Source: Cycloclasticus sp.
GTDB lineage: Bacteria > Pseudomonadota > Gammaproteobacteria > Methylococcales > Cycloclasticaceae
Assembly (NCBI GenBank): GCA_002700385.1
Contig: PADC01000009.1
Location: 2,094 to 66,093 of the forward strand
Direction: 5' to 3'
DNA length: 64,000 bases
Under the pieces are notes generated by a model. The model worked only from the letters and a program-made list of their open reading frames with translations, ran no database searches and had not been told where the DNA came from. This document shows, one piece after another, positions 20,694 to 28,460 of the stretch. Position 1 is the stretch's first letter, and every line of letters starts with the position of its first letter. A program made the translations under genes and the position numbers.

Positions 20694-21166
20694 CAACCAA
20701 ATCAAGCCGTCAGAGAACTCTGGCTTTCAACGTTATTAGATACTCATCAGAGGGCTTACTTCGCCAACGGTACGCATTAACTAGCGCTGGTACATACTGG
20801 TACGTTGGCATCAGGTTTCTGCGTGCAACTCAATATCCTCAGTCAATAGCTACCCGGTTTTAGATAAATCATGCTGGTTGCCCGTTGATTCTAGCGCATC
20901 ACCTTAACGATTTGATCTAACAATTTCTTAAATTGAGGCTAAATACAGAACCCTAGAAGGCATTTTTTATTAAAGCGCATAAAGTAATATTACCCCTGTT
21001 TGCTGTGTTAATATCATAATACATGGAAGTAGTATCCGCCTATAAAGCCGAACCAAATTGTTTATCATTTGTGTGAGACTTATGCCCTTTGGGTATATAC
21101 AATTAATACGTGGACAATGGCTTCCGCTTATTAACATCCGCCTAGTTAAGCTGCGCTACCGCGCAA

Positions 21167-21268
21167 CCTAACAAGGCGCATGAAGCGGAAGAACCTTGAA
21201 GGAACATCCTAGCCCTGCTACAGTCATTCCTTCAAGAACCTACCGCTTATCCGCGATTGCCGTTATAT
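21167..21268 (+). repeat. attC site 1 (about 102 bp)
   Basis: CCTAACAAGGCG ... GATTGCCGTTATAT. The arms are complementary (AAGCGG ... CCGCTT; CTTGAAGGAA / TTCCTTCAAG). Confidence 0.7.
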
Positions 21269-21301
21269 TCAAACAGGCGCTCGATGTAAGAGGTTATATT
21301 T

Positions 21302-21892
21302 GTGAAAAAAGTGAAGTATCGTGAGATATCTCCAGCTGTAGGCATCACCGTAAAGCAGCTTGTAAAAACTCTGCCACCTGATCTCGCGGCTTTTTTAAGG
21401 AAAATTCGTAAACAAAAAAGGAAAGGTGCTCGTCCCAAACCATCTTCCAACCTTATTGATGAATCTAAAATAACAACGCCGGAATATCGCAGGAAGCTTA
21501 TTGATAAGGTTTGCGCTTTGATTGACGAGCGCCTCTTCGGGCGCCATGAGATGTGCAAGCAATGCGCTGTACTGCTGGAGCGGTCACTTATATCCTTAGG
21601 CTACGAAGCTAAGGCAGTGATTGGTATAGCAACGTACAGCAGTGGTTTTGAGTGGGAGCATAGTTGGGTCGTTGTGCAGGGAGAAGTAATAGACGTAAAT
21701 GCTGATTCCATGATCGAAAATCCCCATGTGCCTAAGGGCACGAACCCAAGATCCTACTGGGGTGTTGCAGACAAGCTCCCCTCAGATAGGAATTTTACAG
21801 TCACTACCGATGAACACGAATGGGACCCAGATATTGAGGAATACTGGTGGCCAGAACTTAAAGATTGGTTGAGCAGAAACAAGCCAAAATGA
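21302..21892 (+). CDS. Cassette ORF: hypothetical protein with a transglutaminase-like / papain-fold Cys-His-Asp pattern
   Basis: 196 aa, GTG start. Lys/Arg-rich N-terminal stretch (RKIRKQKRKGARPKP), then CKQCAVLLERSL ... EHSWVVVQGEVIDVNAD resembling a transglutaminase-core C..H..D arrangement. Confidence 0.4.
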   Translation: MKKVKYREISPAVGITVKQLVKTLPPDLAAFLRKIRKQKRKGARPKPSSNLIDESKITTPEYRRKLIDKVCALIDERLFGRHEMCKQCAVLLERSLISLGYEAKAVIGIATYSSGFEWEHSWVVVQGEVIDVNADSMIENPHVPKGTNPRSYWGVADKLPSDRNFTVTTDEHEWDPDIEEYWWPELKDWLSRNKPK

Positions 21893-21894
21893 AT

Positions 21895-21950
21895 ATAACA
21901 AAGGGCAGCAGAGCCGACAGTGTACGCGGTGGCTGTGCCCAGCGTTAGGC
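21895..21950 (+). repeat. attC site 2 (56 bp)
   Basis: ATAACAAAGGGCAGCAGAGCCGAC ... GGTGGCTGTGCCCAGCGTTAGGC. Imperfect palindrome with unpaired bases; begins 3 nt after the preceding stop. Confidence 0.8.
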
Positions 21951-21971
21951 GCTATGGAGTATAGAACTTAG

Positions 21972-22979
21972 ATGGATTTAGTTGACTGGTTATTTAACAA
22001 AGTAATTAGGTTATATGTAAAGTGCTTTTTAATCTTAGCTATACTTATGTTTGTTTTAACAAGTTTTGTTGAAGCCCATTTAATGAGTTACGTGGTTTTT
22101 GTTTGGACCACGATACATTTACTTCTCGTGTTTTTCGCTTTTTACTTTCATACCAGGCTTAAGCTTCTTATTAAAGATGATTTAAATAAGCTTGTTACAG
22201 TTATTTCTAGTAACAATATTAACAAAAAAAACGACCCAATTAGTGTGATATCGTTGTATCCATCGTATATCCCGGAAGAAATTAAAACAGTTGATACAAG
22301 TGCTAGAGTCGTTTTCGCTAGCTTAAAAGATTTTCCATTTGTCCATTGTATAGCTCGTACAATTCATAATTTTAGTTATTATCGATATGATTGGCTGAAA
22401 ATAGATAAATTAGAATTTGATGAATCTTTTGATTCTTTAAGAGTTGGTGATTTAATTCTTTACCATAATATGCGTTCAATTATTGGCAAAATCATACGTT
22501 TATTCACTAGATGTTACTGGGAACATACTGCAATGTATTTAGGTAATGGAGTTATAGTTGAAGCTGTACCTGCTGGTGTAATTGAATCAAACTTTAGCGA
22601 TTGGTTGTCTAATAATGATGTTGAACTTGCCATATTACGCCTAGAAATAGATAGAGAACAACAATCAAAAACCATTGAGTTTATGAAAAGTAGTGTTGGG
22701 AAAAAATATAACTATATGGGAGTAGTTAACAATTTTTGGGTGATCATTACTGGAAAATCATGCGATGGTTTAATGACACCACTGACATTTTTTACCAATT
22801 TATTACTGCTTGGCACAGTATACCTTTATTATTTTAATGTACCTGAACTTCCTAGAATTGGGCTGCTACTTTTAATATTTTCTTCACTATATATGTTTGA
22901 CTGTATATATCACTGGCTTGCTTATAGCCCCAGTTTAAATTTATTGTTTGAGAGTATAAATGAGAAATCCAGAAACTAA
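21972..22979 (+). CDS. Cassette ORF: membrane-anchored permuted papain-like (YiiX/NlpC-P60-like) putative amidase
   Basis: 335 aa. Hydrophobic helices at both N- and C-termini. Central GDLILYHN ... TRCYWEHTAMYLGNGVIVEAVPAGV resembles the YaeF/YiiX C92-type core. Very AT-rich. Confidence 0.45.
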   Translation: MDLVDWLFNKVIRLYVKCFLILAILMFVLTSFVEAHLMSYVVFVWTTIHLLLVFFAFYFHTRLKLLIKDDLNKLVTVISSNNINKKNDPISVISLYPSYIPEEIKTVDTSARVVFASLKDFPFVHCIARTIHNFSYYRYDWLKIDKLEFDESFDSLRVGDLILYHNMRSIIGKIIRLFTRCYWEHTAMYLGNGVIVEAVPAGVIESNFSDWLSNNDVELAILRLEIDREQQSKTIEFMKSSVGKKYNYMGVVNNFWVIITGKSCDGLMTPLTFFTNLLLLGTVYLYYFNVPELPRIGLLLLIFSSLYMFDCIYHWLAYSPSLNLLFESINEKSRN

Positions 22980-23172
22980 TCCTTTTTCATTGTTTTTTAA
23001 AGCTATTTCTGAAAATTACGCAGGTATTATCGCTATTATTCTTGTTGGTTCGGCATGTTTTTTGTGGCTACAGGAAAAGACTGTTCCGGATGCATTACAG
23101 AATTTGATTTTAATAGTTGTATCTTTTCTTTTTGGTCAAAAATCTAAAAATAATCAATCAGAAAGCGCATAA
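22960..23172 (+). CDS. Cassette ORF: small two-helix membrane protein
   Basis: 70 aa. Overlaps the previous ORF by 20 nt within the same cassette. Two hydrophobic segments (GIIAIILVGSACFLWL; LILIVVSFLFG). Confidence 0.4.
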   Translation: MRNPETNPFSLFFKAISENYAGIIAIILVGSACFLWLQEKTVPDALQNLILIVVSFLFGQKSKNNQSESA

Positions 23173-23268
23173 CAAGGCAATTATGGATGGGACGTCTAAA
23201 GCTTGGCTGACGCTCATTCTTCGCTAATTTTAGCCAAGCTTAATACGCCCCATATTGCGGCGTTATAC
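23168..23268 (+). repeat. attC site 3 (about 101 bp)
   Basis: CATAACAAGGCAATTATGG ... CCATATTGCGGCGTTATAC with a central AAGCTTGGCT / AGCCAAGCTT stem. The TAA stop of the 70-aa ORF lies in the TAAC box. Confidence 0.8.
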
Positions 23269-23285
23269 GTCAGCAAGGAATCAGT

Positions 23286-23672
23286 ATGATCGTAATATTT
23301 GGAATTAAAGAAAAACTTAATCCAATAAAGGCACAGCTCTCTGATGTTATTCATGGTTGCATGAAATCAGTCTTAGGTATGCCAGAGGATAAACGTGCAC
23401 ATCGATTTATACCAATGGATAAAGAAGATTTTTATTACCCTGGTGGTCGAAGTGATGCCTATACTGTTATAGAAATAAATATGATGGCTGGGCGTCAGGT
23501 GGAAACGCAAAAACAACTGATTAAAACTATTTTTCAAGAAATAGAAATCCAGCTTTCAATTGCTCCTATAGATATCGAAATAGTTATTAAAGAACAAGCT
23601 CCACACCAATGGGGGTTTAGAGGTATTACGGGTGACGAAGCCAATGACCTTAAATACAAAGTCAACGTATAA
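23286..23672 (+). CDS. Cassette ORF: tautomerase-superfamily protein (about 128-aa cis-CaaD/MSAD-like class)
   Basis: Pattern DVIHGCM ... PEDKRAHRFIPMDKEDFYYP ... YTVIEINMMAGRQVETQKQLIK ... HQWGFRG matches long tautomerase-family proteins. The N-terminus is MIVIF, so there is no Pro-1. Confidence 0.55.
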   Translation: MIVIFGIKEKLNPIKAQLSDVIHGCMKSVLGMPEDKRAHRFIPMDKEDFYYPGGRSDAYTVIEINMMAGRQVETQKQLIKTIFQEIEIQLSIAPIDIEIVIKEQAPHQWGFRGITGDEANDLKYKVNV

Positions 23673-23753
23673 CAAAAAAATCAAGTTCGCCAGCAAAAAC
23701 ACGCTGGCTGGGACGCGCAAAGAAACGCGCGCCCCTTATTTAAAACGTTAGGG
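23668..23753 (+). repeat. attC site 4 (86 bp, homogeneous subfamily)
   Basis: TATAACAAAAAAATCAAGTTCGCCAGC ... GCTGGCTGGGACGCGC ... GCGCGCCCCTTATTTAAAACGTTAGG. Near-identical to the sites at 24307 and 26044. Confidence 0.85.
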
Positions 23754-23768
23754 GTAAAACACTCACGG

Positions 23769-24290
23769 ATGAACATTACAGTTTCAACAAGTACAAACCC
23801 TATTGAGGCTCATATAATATGTGGGCGCTTGAAAGCGGAAGGCATCCCTGCTTTCGTAATCTTTCAACACCATATTTGGGCAGAATGGTGGATTTCAAAT
23901 GCAATAGGAGGTGTCAGAGTCCAAGTGCCACCCAACTTTTATCAGCAAGCGCAAACTGTTATTCAGAATATTAATTTGGGAGTTTATGAATTAACCCCCG
24001 ACAACACTACGTGGTCACCTTCTACACGGTGCCCAAAATGTAATTCATTAAGTATTAGCCATATTAACTGGCGTCGAAAAGTTGCACTTGTATTAGCTAT
24101 AACACTTCATTTGCCACTTCATCACACACAACACTTAATGAGGTGTGATATGTGCTCAAACAAGTGGATAGCAAGGGAACAACGAGGCTACCCTATTTAT
24201 TTTCCACTAATCGCAACAATCATTTTATTTGCTATTTTCTTTTCTCTTTATTCAATATTTGAACATTGGTGTACACTTCATTGCGATTAA
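23769..24290 (+). CDS. Cassette ORF: DUF2007-like domain + Cys4 zinc-ribbon + C-terminal TM helix
   Basis: 173 aa. N-terminal NPIEAHIICGRLKAEGIPAFV ... VRVQVP resembles DUF2007. CPKC ... CDMC pairs. Hydrophobic tail FPLIATIILFAIFFSLYSIF. Confidence 0.45.
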   Translation: MNITVSTSTNPIEAHIICGRLKAEGIPAFVIFQHHIWAEWWISNAIGGVRVQVPPNFYQQAQTVIQNINLGVYELTPDNTTWSPSTRCPKCNSLSISHINWRRKVALVLAITLHLPLHHTQHLMRCDMCSNKWIAREQRGYPIYFPLIATIILFAIFFSLYSIFEHWCTLHCD

Positions 24291-24306
24291 CTATTATGAG
24301 CAACAC

Positions 24307-24392
24307 CCTAACAAAAACATCAAGTTCGCCTGCAAACAAATGCTGGCTGGGACGCGCAAAGAGCTGCGCGCCCCTTATGTAAAACGTTATAT
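24307..24392 (+). repeat. attC site 5 (86 bp, homogeneous subfamily)
   Basis: CCTAACAAAAACATCAAGTTCGCCTGC ... GCTGGCTGGGACGCGC ... GCGCGCCCCTTATGTAAAACGTTATAT. Confidence 0.85.
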
Positions 24393-24435
24393 GCCTCAAG
24401 CTAAATCAGAATCATAAACCAAAAAAGGAAAATTT

Positions 24436-24900
24436 ATGTTCAGCTTAAAAAACAACTTAGTATTTATAATCTGTTTTTTGCTTTTGTCTAATGCATACTC
24501 CGCAGAGGTCACTGAAGCCGGCGTCGAGGAGCTTATGCATAAAGTCGATATCGCAGTGAACAAACTAGACGTGGATGGGGTTGGTGCTGTTTTGAGCGAC
24601 AACGTAAAGATTACGATGAATATCGATGTTCAAGGCCAAAAGCAAGTGTTGCGACCTTCAAAGCAAGAGTATTTGGCAATGCTTAAGCAGGGCTGGACGA
24701 TGGGTACAGATTATAGCTACAGTCGATCTGGCATAAATATTTCGATATCAAATAATAAAGCCTTTGTAACAACTAATGTAATTGAAAGTATGACTATTCA
24801 AGGTCGGGTAATTTCTGGGACCTCAAGAGAGGAAGCGGTTGTAGAGAGCGTGGGCAATAGTATTCTAGTTACAAAGATTATTGGTTATACAAGTTTGTAG
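24436..24900 (+). CDS. Cassette ORF: secreted small protein, possibly SnoaL/DUF4440 (NTF2-like) fold
   Basis: 154 aa. Signal peptide MFSLKNNLVFIICFLLLSNAYS/AE. The fold guess rests only on size and the VEELMHKVDIAVNKLDVDGVGAVLSDNV pattern. Confidence 0.4.
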   Translation: MFSLKNNLVFIICFLLLSNAYSAEVTEAGVEELMHKVDIAVNKLDVDGVGAVLSDNVKITMNIDVQGQKQVLRPSKQEYLAMLKQGWTMGTDYSYSRSGINISISNNKAFVTTNVIESMTIQGRVISGTSREEAVVESVGNSILVTKIIGYTSL

Positions 24901-24906
24901 TTGGCA

Positions 24907-25036
24907 TATAACAAGTTGCTCAAAGTTACTCCGCCAGCAGAGCTGGCTCCGCGGGACCGCTATTGCGTCGCTTGTTTTGTGTTTGTGTAACACAAAAGCA
25001 ACCAACCCAACGCGGCCCCTTAGCAAAGCGTTATGT
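24907..25036 (+). repeat. attC site 6 (about 130 bp)
   Basis: TATAACAAGTTGCTCAAAG ... CCTTAGCAAAGCGTTATGT. The outer arms are complementary and the central part is long and variable. Confidence 0.7.
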
Positions 25037-25045
25037 GTTGTAAAT

Positions 25046-25426
25046 ATGGAAGAATTATCTAAATCATCCAAAATAAAAAGCATTATTAGTGCATTAGTTG
25101 CACTTGCTGTATTAATACCGGCATTACTATTAAATACTTATGTTACCGATCTATACGTACTGCCTAAAAGTTTGCCAATTTTAAGCATTGTTCTGTTTTT
25201 TCTTATCATTCGTTTTGTTTACATGCTAACCAAGTTAACACGCCATGAGAAAATGACATTTATACTTACAATACTTGGTTTACTTTCTTTTATTGTTGGC
25301 GTGTTAGTGGATTGGAAGCATATTAAATGGATAGATAATGCAGGACTACTAATATTTCTACCGTTTTTACCGGCAGTGGTATACGCTCTTTGGGTAACAA
25401 GAAAACCTCCTAATGAAAACACATAA
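25046..25426 (+). CDS. Cassette ORF: small multi-pass membrane protein
   Basis: 126 aa from MEELSKSS. Four hydrophobic segments. The track ORF start at 24881 reads through the attC and is rejected. Confidence 0.5.
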   Translation: MEELSKSSKIKSIISALVALAVLIPALLLNTYVTDLYVLPKSLPILSIVLFFLIIRFVYMLTKLTRHEKMTFILTILGLLSFIVGVLVDWKHIKWIDNAGLLIFLPFLPAVVYALWVTRKPPNENT

Positions 25427-25510
25427 CAAATCGTCCAACCCGACCGTTTTATACGCCGTTTCGCTTCGCTACACTCTGTATAAAACGGCCGGTTAACTCA
25501 AACGTTAGCT
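25422..25510 (+). repeat. attC site 7 (about 89 bp)
   Basis: CATAACAAATCGTCCAACCCGACCGTTTTATAC ... GTATAAAACGGCCGGTTAACTCAAACGTTAGCT. The TAA stop lies in the TAAC box. Confidence 0.8.
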
Positions 25511-25523
25511 GTAGAAAATAAAT

Positions 25524-26048
25524 ATGATTATCAGCAATAATTTAAAGATAAGAGCAATAAAAGAAAAAGACCTTGATATAGTCTTTTCATTTCTAAGTGA
25601 CTTTGAGAGTAAAGGGCAGTTTTTGCCCATTGAAATTCAATCCGAAGTGAATTTTAGAAACGAGTATGAAACCAATGGTTTTATAACTGAAAAAGCATCG
25701 AGATATGTTCTCGTATCAAAAGATGAAGAAGTTATCGGATTGACATGGGTGTTTACGTCAGTACCGTACTTTGATGCTGTAGAAATCGGATACCATGTTT
25801 TTGATAAAAGCAGTAGAAATAAAGGATATGCAACGGAAGCTGTTAACGCTTTAGTAAATTACTTATTTGAGTCAAAACAATTAAACCGTATAGAAATACG
25901 TATTGCCGTGGGTAACACTGCTTCGGAGAAAGTTGCTCAAAAAAATGGTTTTCTACACGAGGGTATTAGTAGGCAGGCTGCCTTCTCAAAAGGGAAGCAT
26001 CACGATATGCATGTATATTCTAAATTACGTTCAGAGTGGCACAGCTAA
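25524..26048 (+). CDS. Cassette ORF: GNAT-family N-acetyltransferase (RimJ/RimL-like)
   Basis: 174 aa. Acetyl-CoA binding region SRNKGYATEAVNALVNYLF and C-terminal KNGFLHEGISRQA typical of RimJ-like GNATs. Confidence 0.75.
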   Translation: MIISNNLKIRAIKEKDLDIVFSFLSDFESKGQFLPIEIQSEVNFRNEYETNGFITEKASRYVLVSKDEEVIGLTWVFTSVPYFDAVEIGYHVFDKSSRNKGYATEAVNALVNYLFESKQLNRIEIRIAVGNTASEKVAQKNGFLHEGISRQAAFSKGKHHDMHVYSKLRSEWHS

Positions 26049-26129
26049 CAAAAAAATCAAGTTCGCCAGCAAAAATACGCTGGCTGGGTCGCGGAAAAAG
26101 CCCCGCGCCCCTTATTTAAAACGTTAAAT
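26044..26129 (+). repeat. attC site 8 (86 bp, homogeneous subfamily)
   Basis: GCTAACAAAAAAATCAAGTTCGCCAGC ... GCTGGCTGGGTCGCGG ... CCGCGCCCCTTATTTAAAACGTTAAAT. Confidence 0.85.
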
Positions 26130-26148
26130 TCACAAGGGATCAATTTTT

Positions 26149-27216
26149 ATGCAGGTATCAAAAAAAGAAGGCCGAGTCCTTGATCGTGCTATTAATAACT
26201 GGGTTGAATCCAATGTTATTTCTGAACCGGAAAGCCAGAAGCTTAAGCGCTCCTATGAAGTAACTTCGTTTGACTGGAAGCGAGTAGCAAAATACTCATT
26301 TTGGCTAGCAATTTCTTGTATCGTTATTTCCATATCATCTGCTATAGCTGACAAATGGCTCATTGAGATATTTAAAAATCTGTTTAAAGCTCCAGATTCA
26401 ATAAAATGTATGAGCTTCGCTGTATTTTCAGGAGTACTATATTTCTTGGGTATTAGAAGAAAAAATCAATACCCTGACAAAGTTTATAGTAATGAAGCAA
26501 TATTCTTTCTAGGTATAGCTACCACAGCAGTTTCTATTGCATTTCTGGGTAAGGCAATGGATACAGGATCAGGACATTTTTCTATTTTATTACTACTTGC
26601 TGCATTTATTTATGGCCTATTAGGGCTATGGTTTCCATCAAAGCTAGTATGGCTATTTTCGTTATTATCATTGGGTAGTTGGTTTGGTGCTGAAACTAGT
26701 TATGCATCTGGCTGGGGAGCCTATTATCTTGGTATGAACTACCCCTTACGATTTGTACTATTTGGTTTGGCCTTGATTTTTTGTGGCTCATACGCATTCA
26801 ATCAATGGCAAAGTAGAAGTGAGTTTTTAAGGCCAACAAGAGCTATTGGGCTACTCTATTTGTTCATTGCTCTTTGGATTATGTCTATTTTTGGAAATTA
26901 TGGAGATCCCGAAATTTGGGAAAGAGCGAAACAAATTGAGCTATTCCATTGGTCAATACTTTTCGGTGCGGCGTCAGTTGGAGCTATATATCATGGCGTG
27001 AAATACGACGATGGAATGACAAGAGGTTTTGGTCTTACATTTATCTTCATAAACCTCTACACGAGATTTTTTGAATACTTCTGGGAAGGTACACATAAAG
27101 CAATATTCTTTGCTCTTTTAGCTTTAAGTTTTTGGTATTTAGGAAGTAAGGCAGAGAAAATATGGCAGTTAAGTTTAGTCAAAAATTTAACAAGTCAAAG
27201 CACTCGGACGCAGTAA
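26149..27216 (+). CDS. Cassette ORF: polytopic membrane protein (DUF2157-like?)
   Basis: 355 aa. About 40-aa soluble N-terminus followed by some nine hydrophobic helices. The 3' end runs into the attC left arm. Confidence 0.5.
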   Translation: MQVSKKEGRVLDRAINNWVESNVISEPESQKLKRSYEVTSFDWKRVAKYSFWLAISCIVISISSAIADKWLIEIFKNLFKAPDSIKCMSFAVFSGVLYFLGIRRKNQYPDKVYSNEAIFFLGIATTAVSIAFLGKAMDTGSGHFSILLLLAAFIYGLLGLWFPSKLVWLFSLLSLGSWFGAETSYASGWGAYYLGMNYPLRFVLFGLALIFCGSYAFNQWQSRSEFLRPTRAIGLLYLFIALWIMSIFGNYGDPEIWERAKQIELFHWSILFGAASVGAIYHGVKYDDGMTRGFGLTFIFINLYTRFFEYFWEGTHKAIFFALLALSFWYLGSKAEKIWQLSLVKNLTSQSTRTQ

Positions 27217-27243
27217 ACTGCGCCGGTGTTTGAGGCGTTAGCT
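27186..27243 (+). repeat. attC site 9 (58 bp)
   Basis: TTTAACAAGTCAAAGCACTCGGACGCAG taaa CTGCGCCGGTGTTTGAGGCGTTAGCT. Imperfect palindrome with unpaired bases. Confidence 0.75.
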
Positions 27244-27260
27244 GCATAAAAGGTACTTCG

Positions 27261-27944
27261 ATGAGCTATGATCCTGAGTCGAAAATTATTAATTCTTGGA
27301 AGAAAAATGTAGATCCATGGATTCGTGCTGTACGTGACCATGAAATTGAAACTAGACAGCTCGTAACCAATAAGGCGATTGTTGATGCTATTCTTTATCT
27401 ATCACCAAAAAGTGTGATCGATATTGGGTGTGGTGAAGGATGGCTGGTAAGGGAGTTAGTCGGAAGAGGAGTCAATACACTGGGCATTGATGTAATTCGG
27501 GAGTTCGTAGAATCTGCAAAAAAAGAAAATAGTGGCCGTTATCGTGTGCTAAATTACGATGAATTATCTTATCAAACATTAGGTGAACGATTTGATATGA
27601 TAGTCTGCAATTTCTCATTGTTCGGATCTAAATCCGTTGAAAGTGTCTTTCATTCAACAGCTGAAGTATTAAATCCAAATGGAGTGCTCGTTATTCAAAC
27701 ACTTCACCCAGATAACCACCAAGGAGAAGTGAGTGCATCTGAGGGTTGGGTCGAAGGTTCATGGTCGGGTTTTAGTAGGGAGTTCTGTGACCCGGCACCT
27801 TGGTACTATCGACCTTTGGAGAGCTGGATTAAATTATTCACCGATTCAGGATTCGAAATGCCGAAGATAATTGAACCGGCTAATCCTATAACAGGAAAGC
27901 CAGCATCAATAATTTTTGTAGGAAATCATGTGGCTAACTGTTAG
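27261..27944 (+). CDS. Cassette ORF: class I SAM-dependent methyltransferase
   Basis: 227 aa. SAM motif I VIDIGCGEGWL and post-I acidic residue (LGIDV). Confidence 0.75.
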   Translation: MSYDPESKIINSWKKNVDPWIRAVRDHEIETRQLVTNKAIVDAILYLSPKSVIDIGCGEGWLVRELVGRGVNTLGIDVIREFVESAKKENSGRYRVLNYDELSYQTLGERFDMIVCNFSLFGSKSVESVFHSTAEVLNPNGVLVIQTLHPDNHQGEVSASEGWVEGSWSGFSREFCDPAPWYYRPLESWIKLFTDSGFEMPKIIEPANPITGKPASIIFVGNHVANC

Positions 27945-27968
27945 ACCACTATCGAAGGAGCTCACAAA

Positions 27969-28373
27969 ATGATCAGATTTATAGGCGGATGCCTATGCAA
28001 AGCCGTTCGTTACGAGACGACGGCTGATCCATTGAATCAGAGAGTTTGCCATTGTATGGAATGTCAAAAAGCTATTGGGGCTGCTTTTAATGCTCGTGTA
28101 TTAATGCGTATTGAAGATGTTTCTGTCACAGGGCCAATTAGCACGTTTTACTCATCAGAAACCCTTGAACGAGGCTCTTGCTCGCAATGTGGTTCAAGTA
28201 TTTTTTCTCGACGCTCTTCCGCTGGAGTCATCGGGTTAACGGTTGGCAGTCTTGATGAGCCATCACTTTTTAATCCAGATATGCATTTTTGGGTATCGTC
28301 TAAACAGCCTTGGCTGGAAATCGCCGATGACCTCCCTCAATATCTGGAAGGCCCTCCATATAAAGGTTATTGA
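27969..28373 (+). CDS. Cassette ORF: GFA-family (CENP-V/glutathione-dependent formaldehyde-activating-like) zinc protein
   Basis: 134 aa. Cys pattern GGCLCKAVRY ... CHCMECQK ... CSQCGS typical of the GFA family. Shares a cassette with the methyltransferase (no attC between them). Confidence 0.7.
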   Translation: MIRFIGGCLCKAVRYETTADPLNQRVCHCMECQKAIGAAFNARVLMRIEDVSVTGPISTFYSSETLERGSCSQCGSSIFSRRSSAGVIGLTVGSLDEPSLFNPDMHFWVSSKQPWLEIADDLPQYLEGPPYKGY

Positions 28374-28397
28374 ATTCATGAATTGCCTCAAAAATGA

Positions 28398-28453
28398 CCT
28401 AACAATCAGTTGCAGCGGATTCGTTTCGCTCCCCGCTGAACTTGGCGTTAGGA
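28398..28453 (+). repeat. attC site 10 (56 bp)
   Basis: CCTAACAATCAGTTGCAGCGGATTCG tttcg CTCCCCGCTGAACTTGGCGTTAGGA. Confidence 0.75.
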
Positions 28454-28460
28454 ACTAATC

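Noticed and set aside
21247-21558. 103-aa minus-strand ORF
   Set aside because: It is antisense to the first cassette ORF and runs into the attC. It has no RBS and has the opposite orientation to all other cassette genes.
24229-24417. 62-aa ORF, together with its look-alike at 25903-26127, giving similar peptides (..NKxIKFAxKxxLAGxRKxxRAPYxKR)
   Set aside because: Both read straight through the near-identical 86-bp attC sites. The similarity comes from the repeat DNA, not from a conserved protein.
24881-25045. N-terminal 55 codons of the track ORF 24881-25426
   Set aside because: This part overlaps the preceding gene's 3' end and the whole 130-bp attC. The first ATG after the attC (25046) gives a sensible membrane protein.
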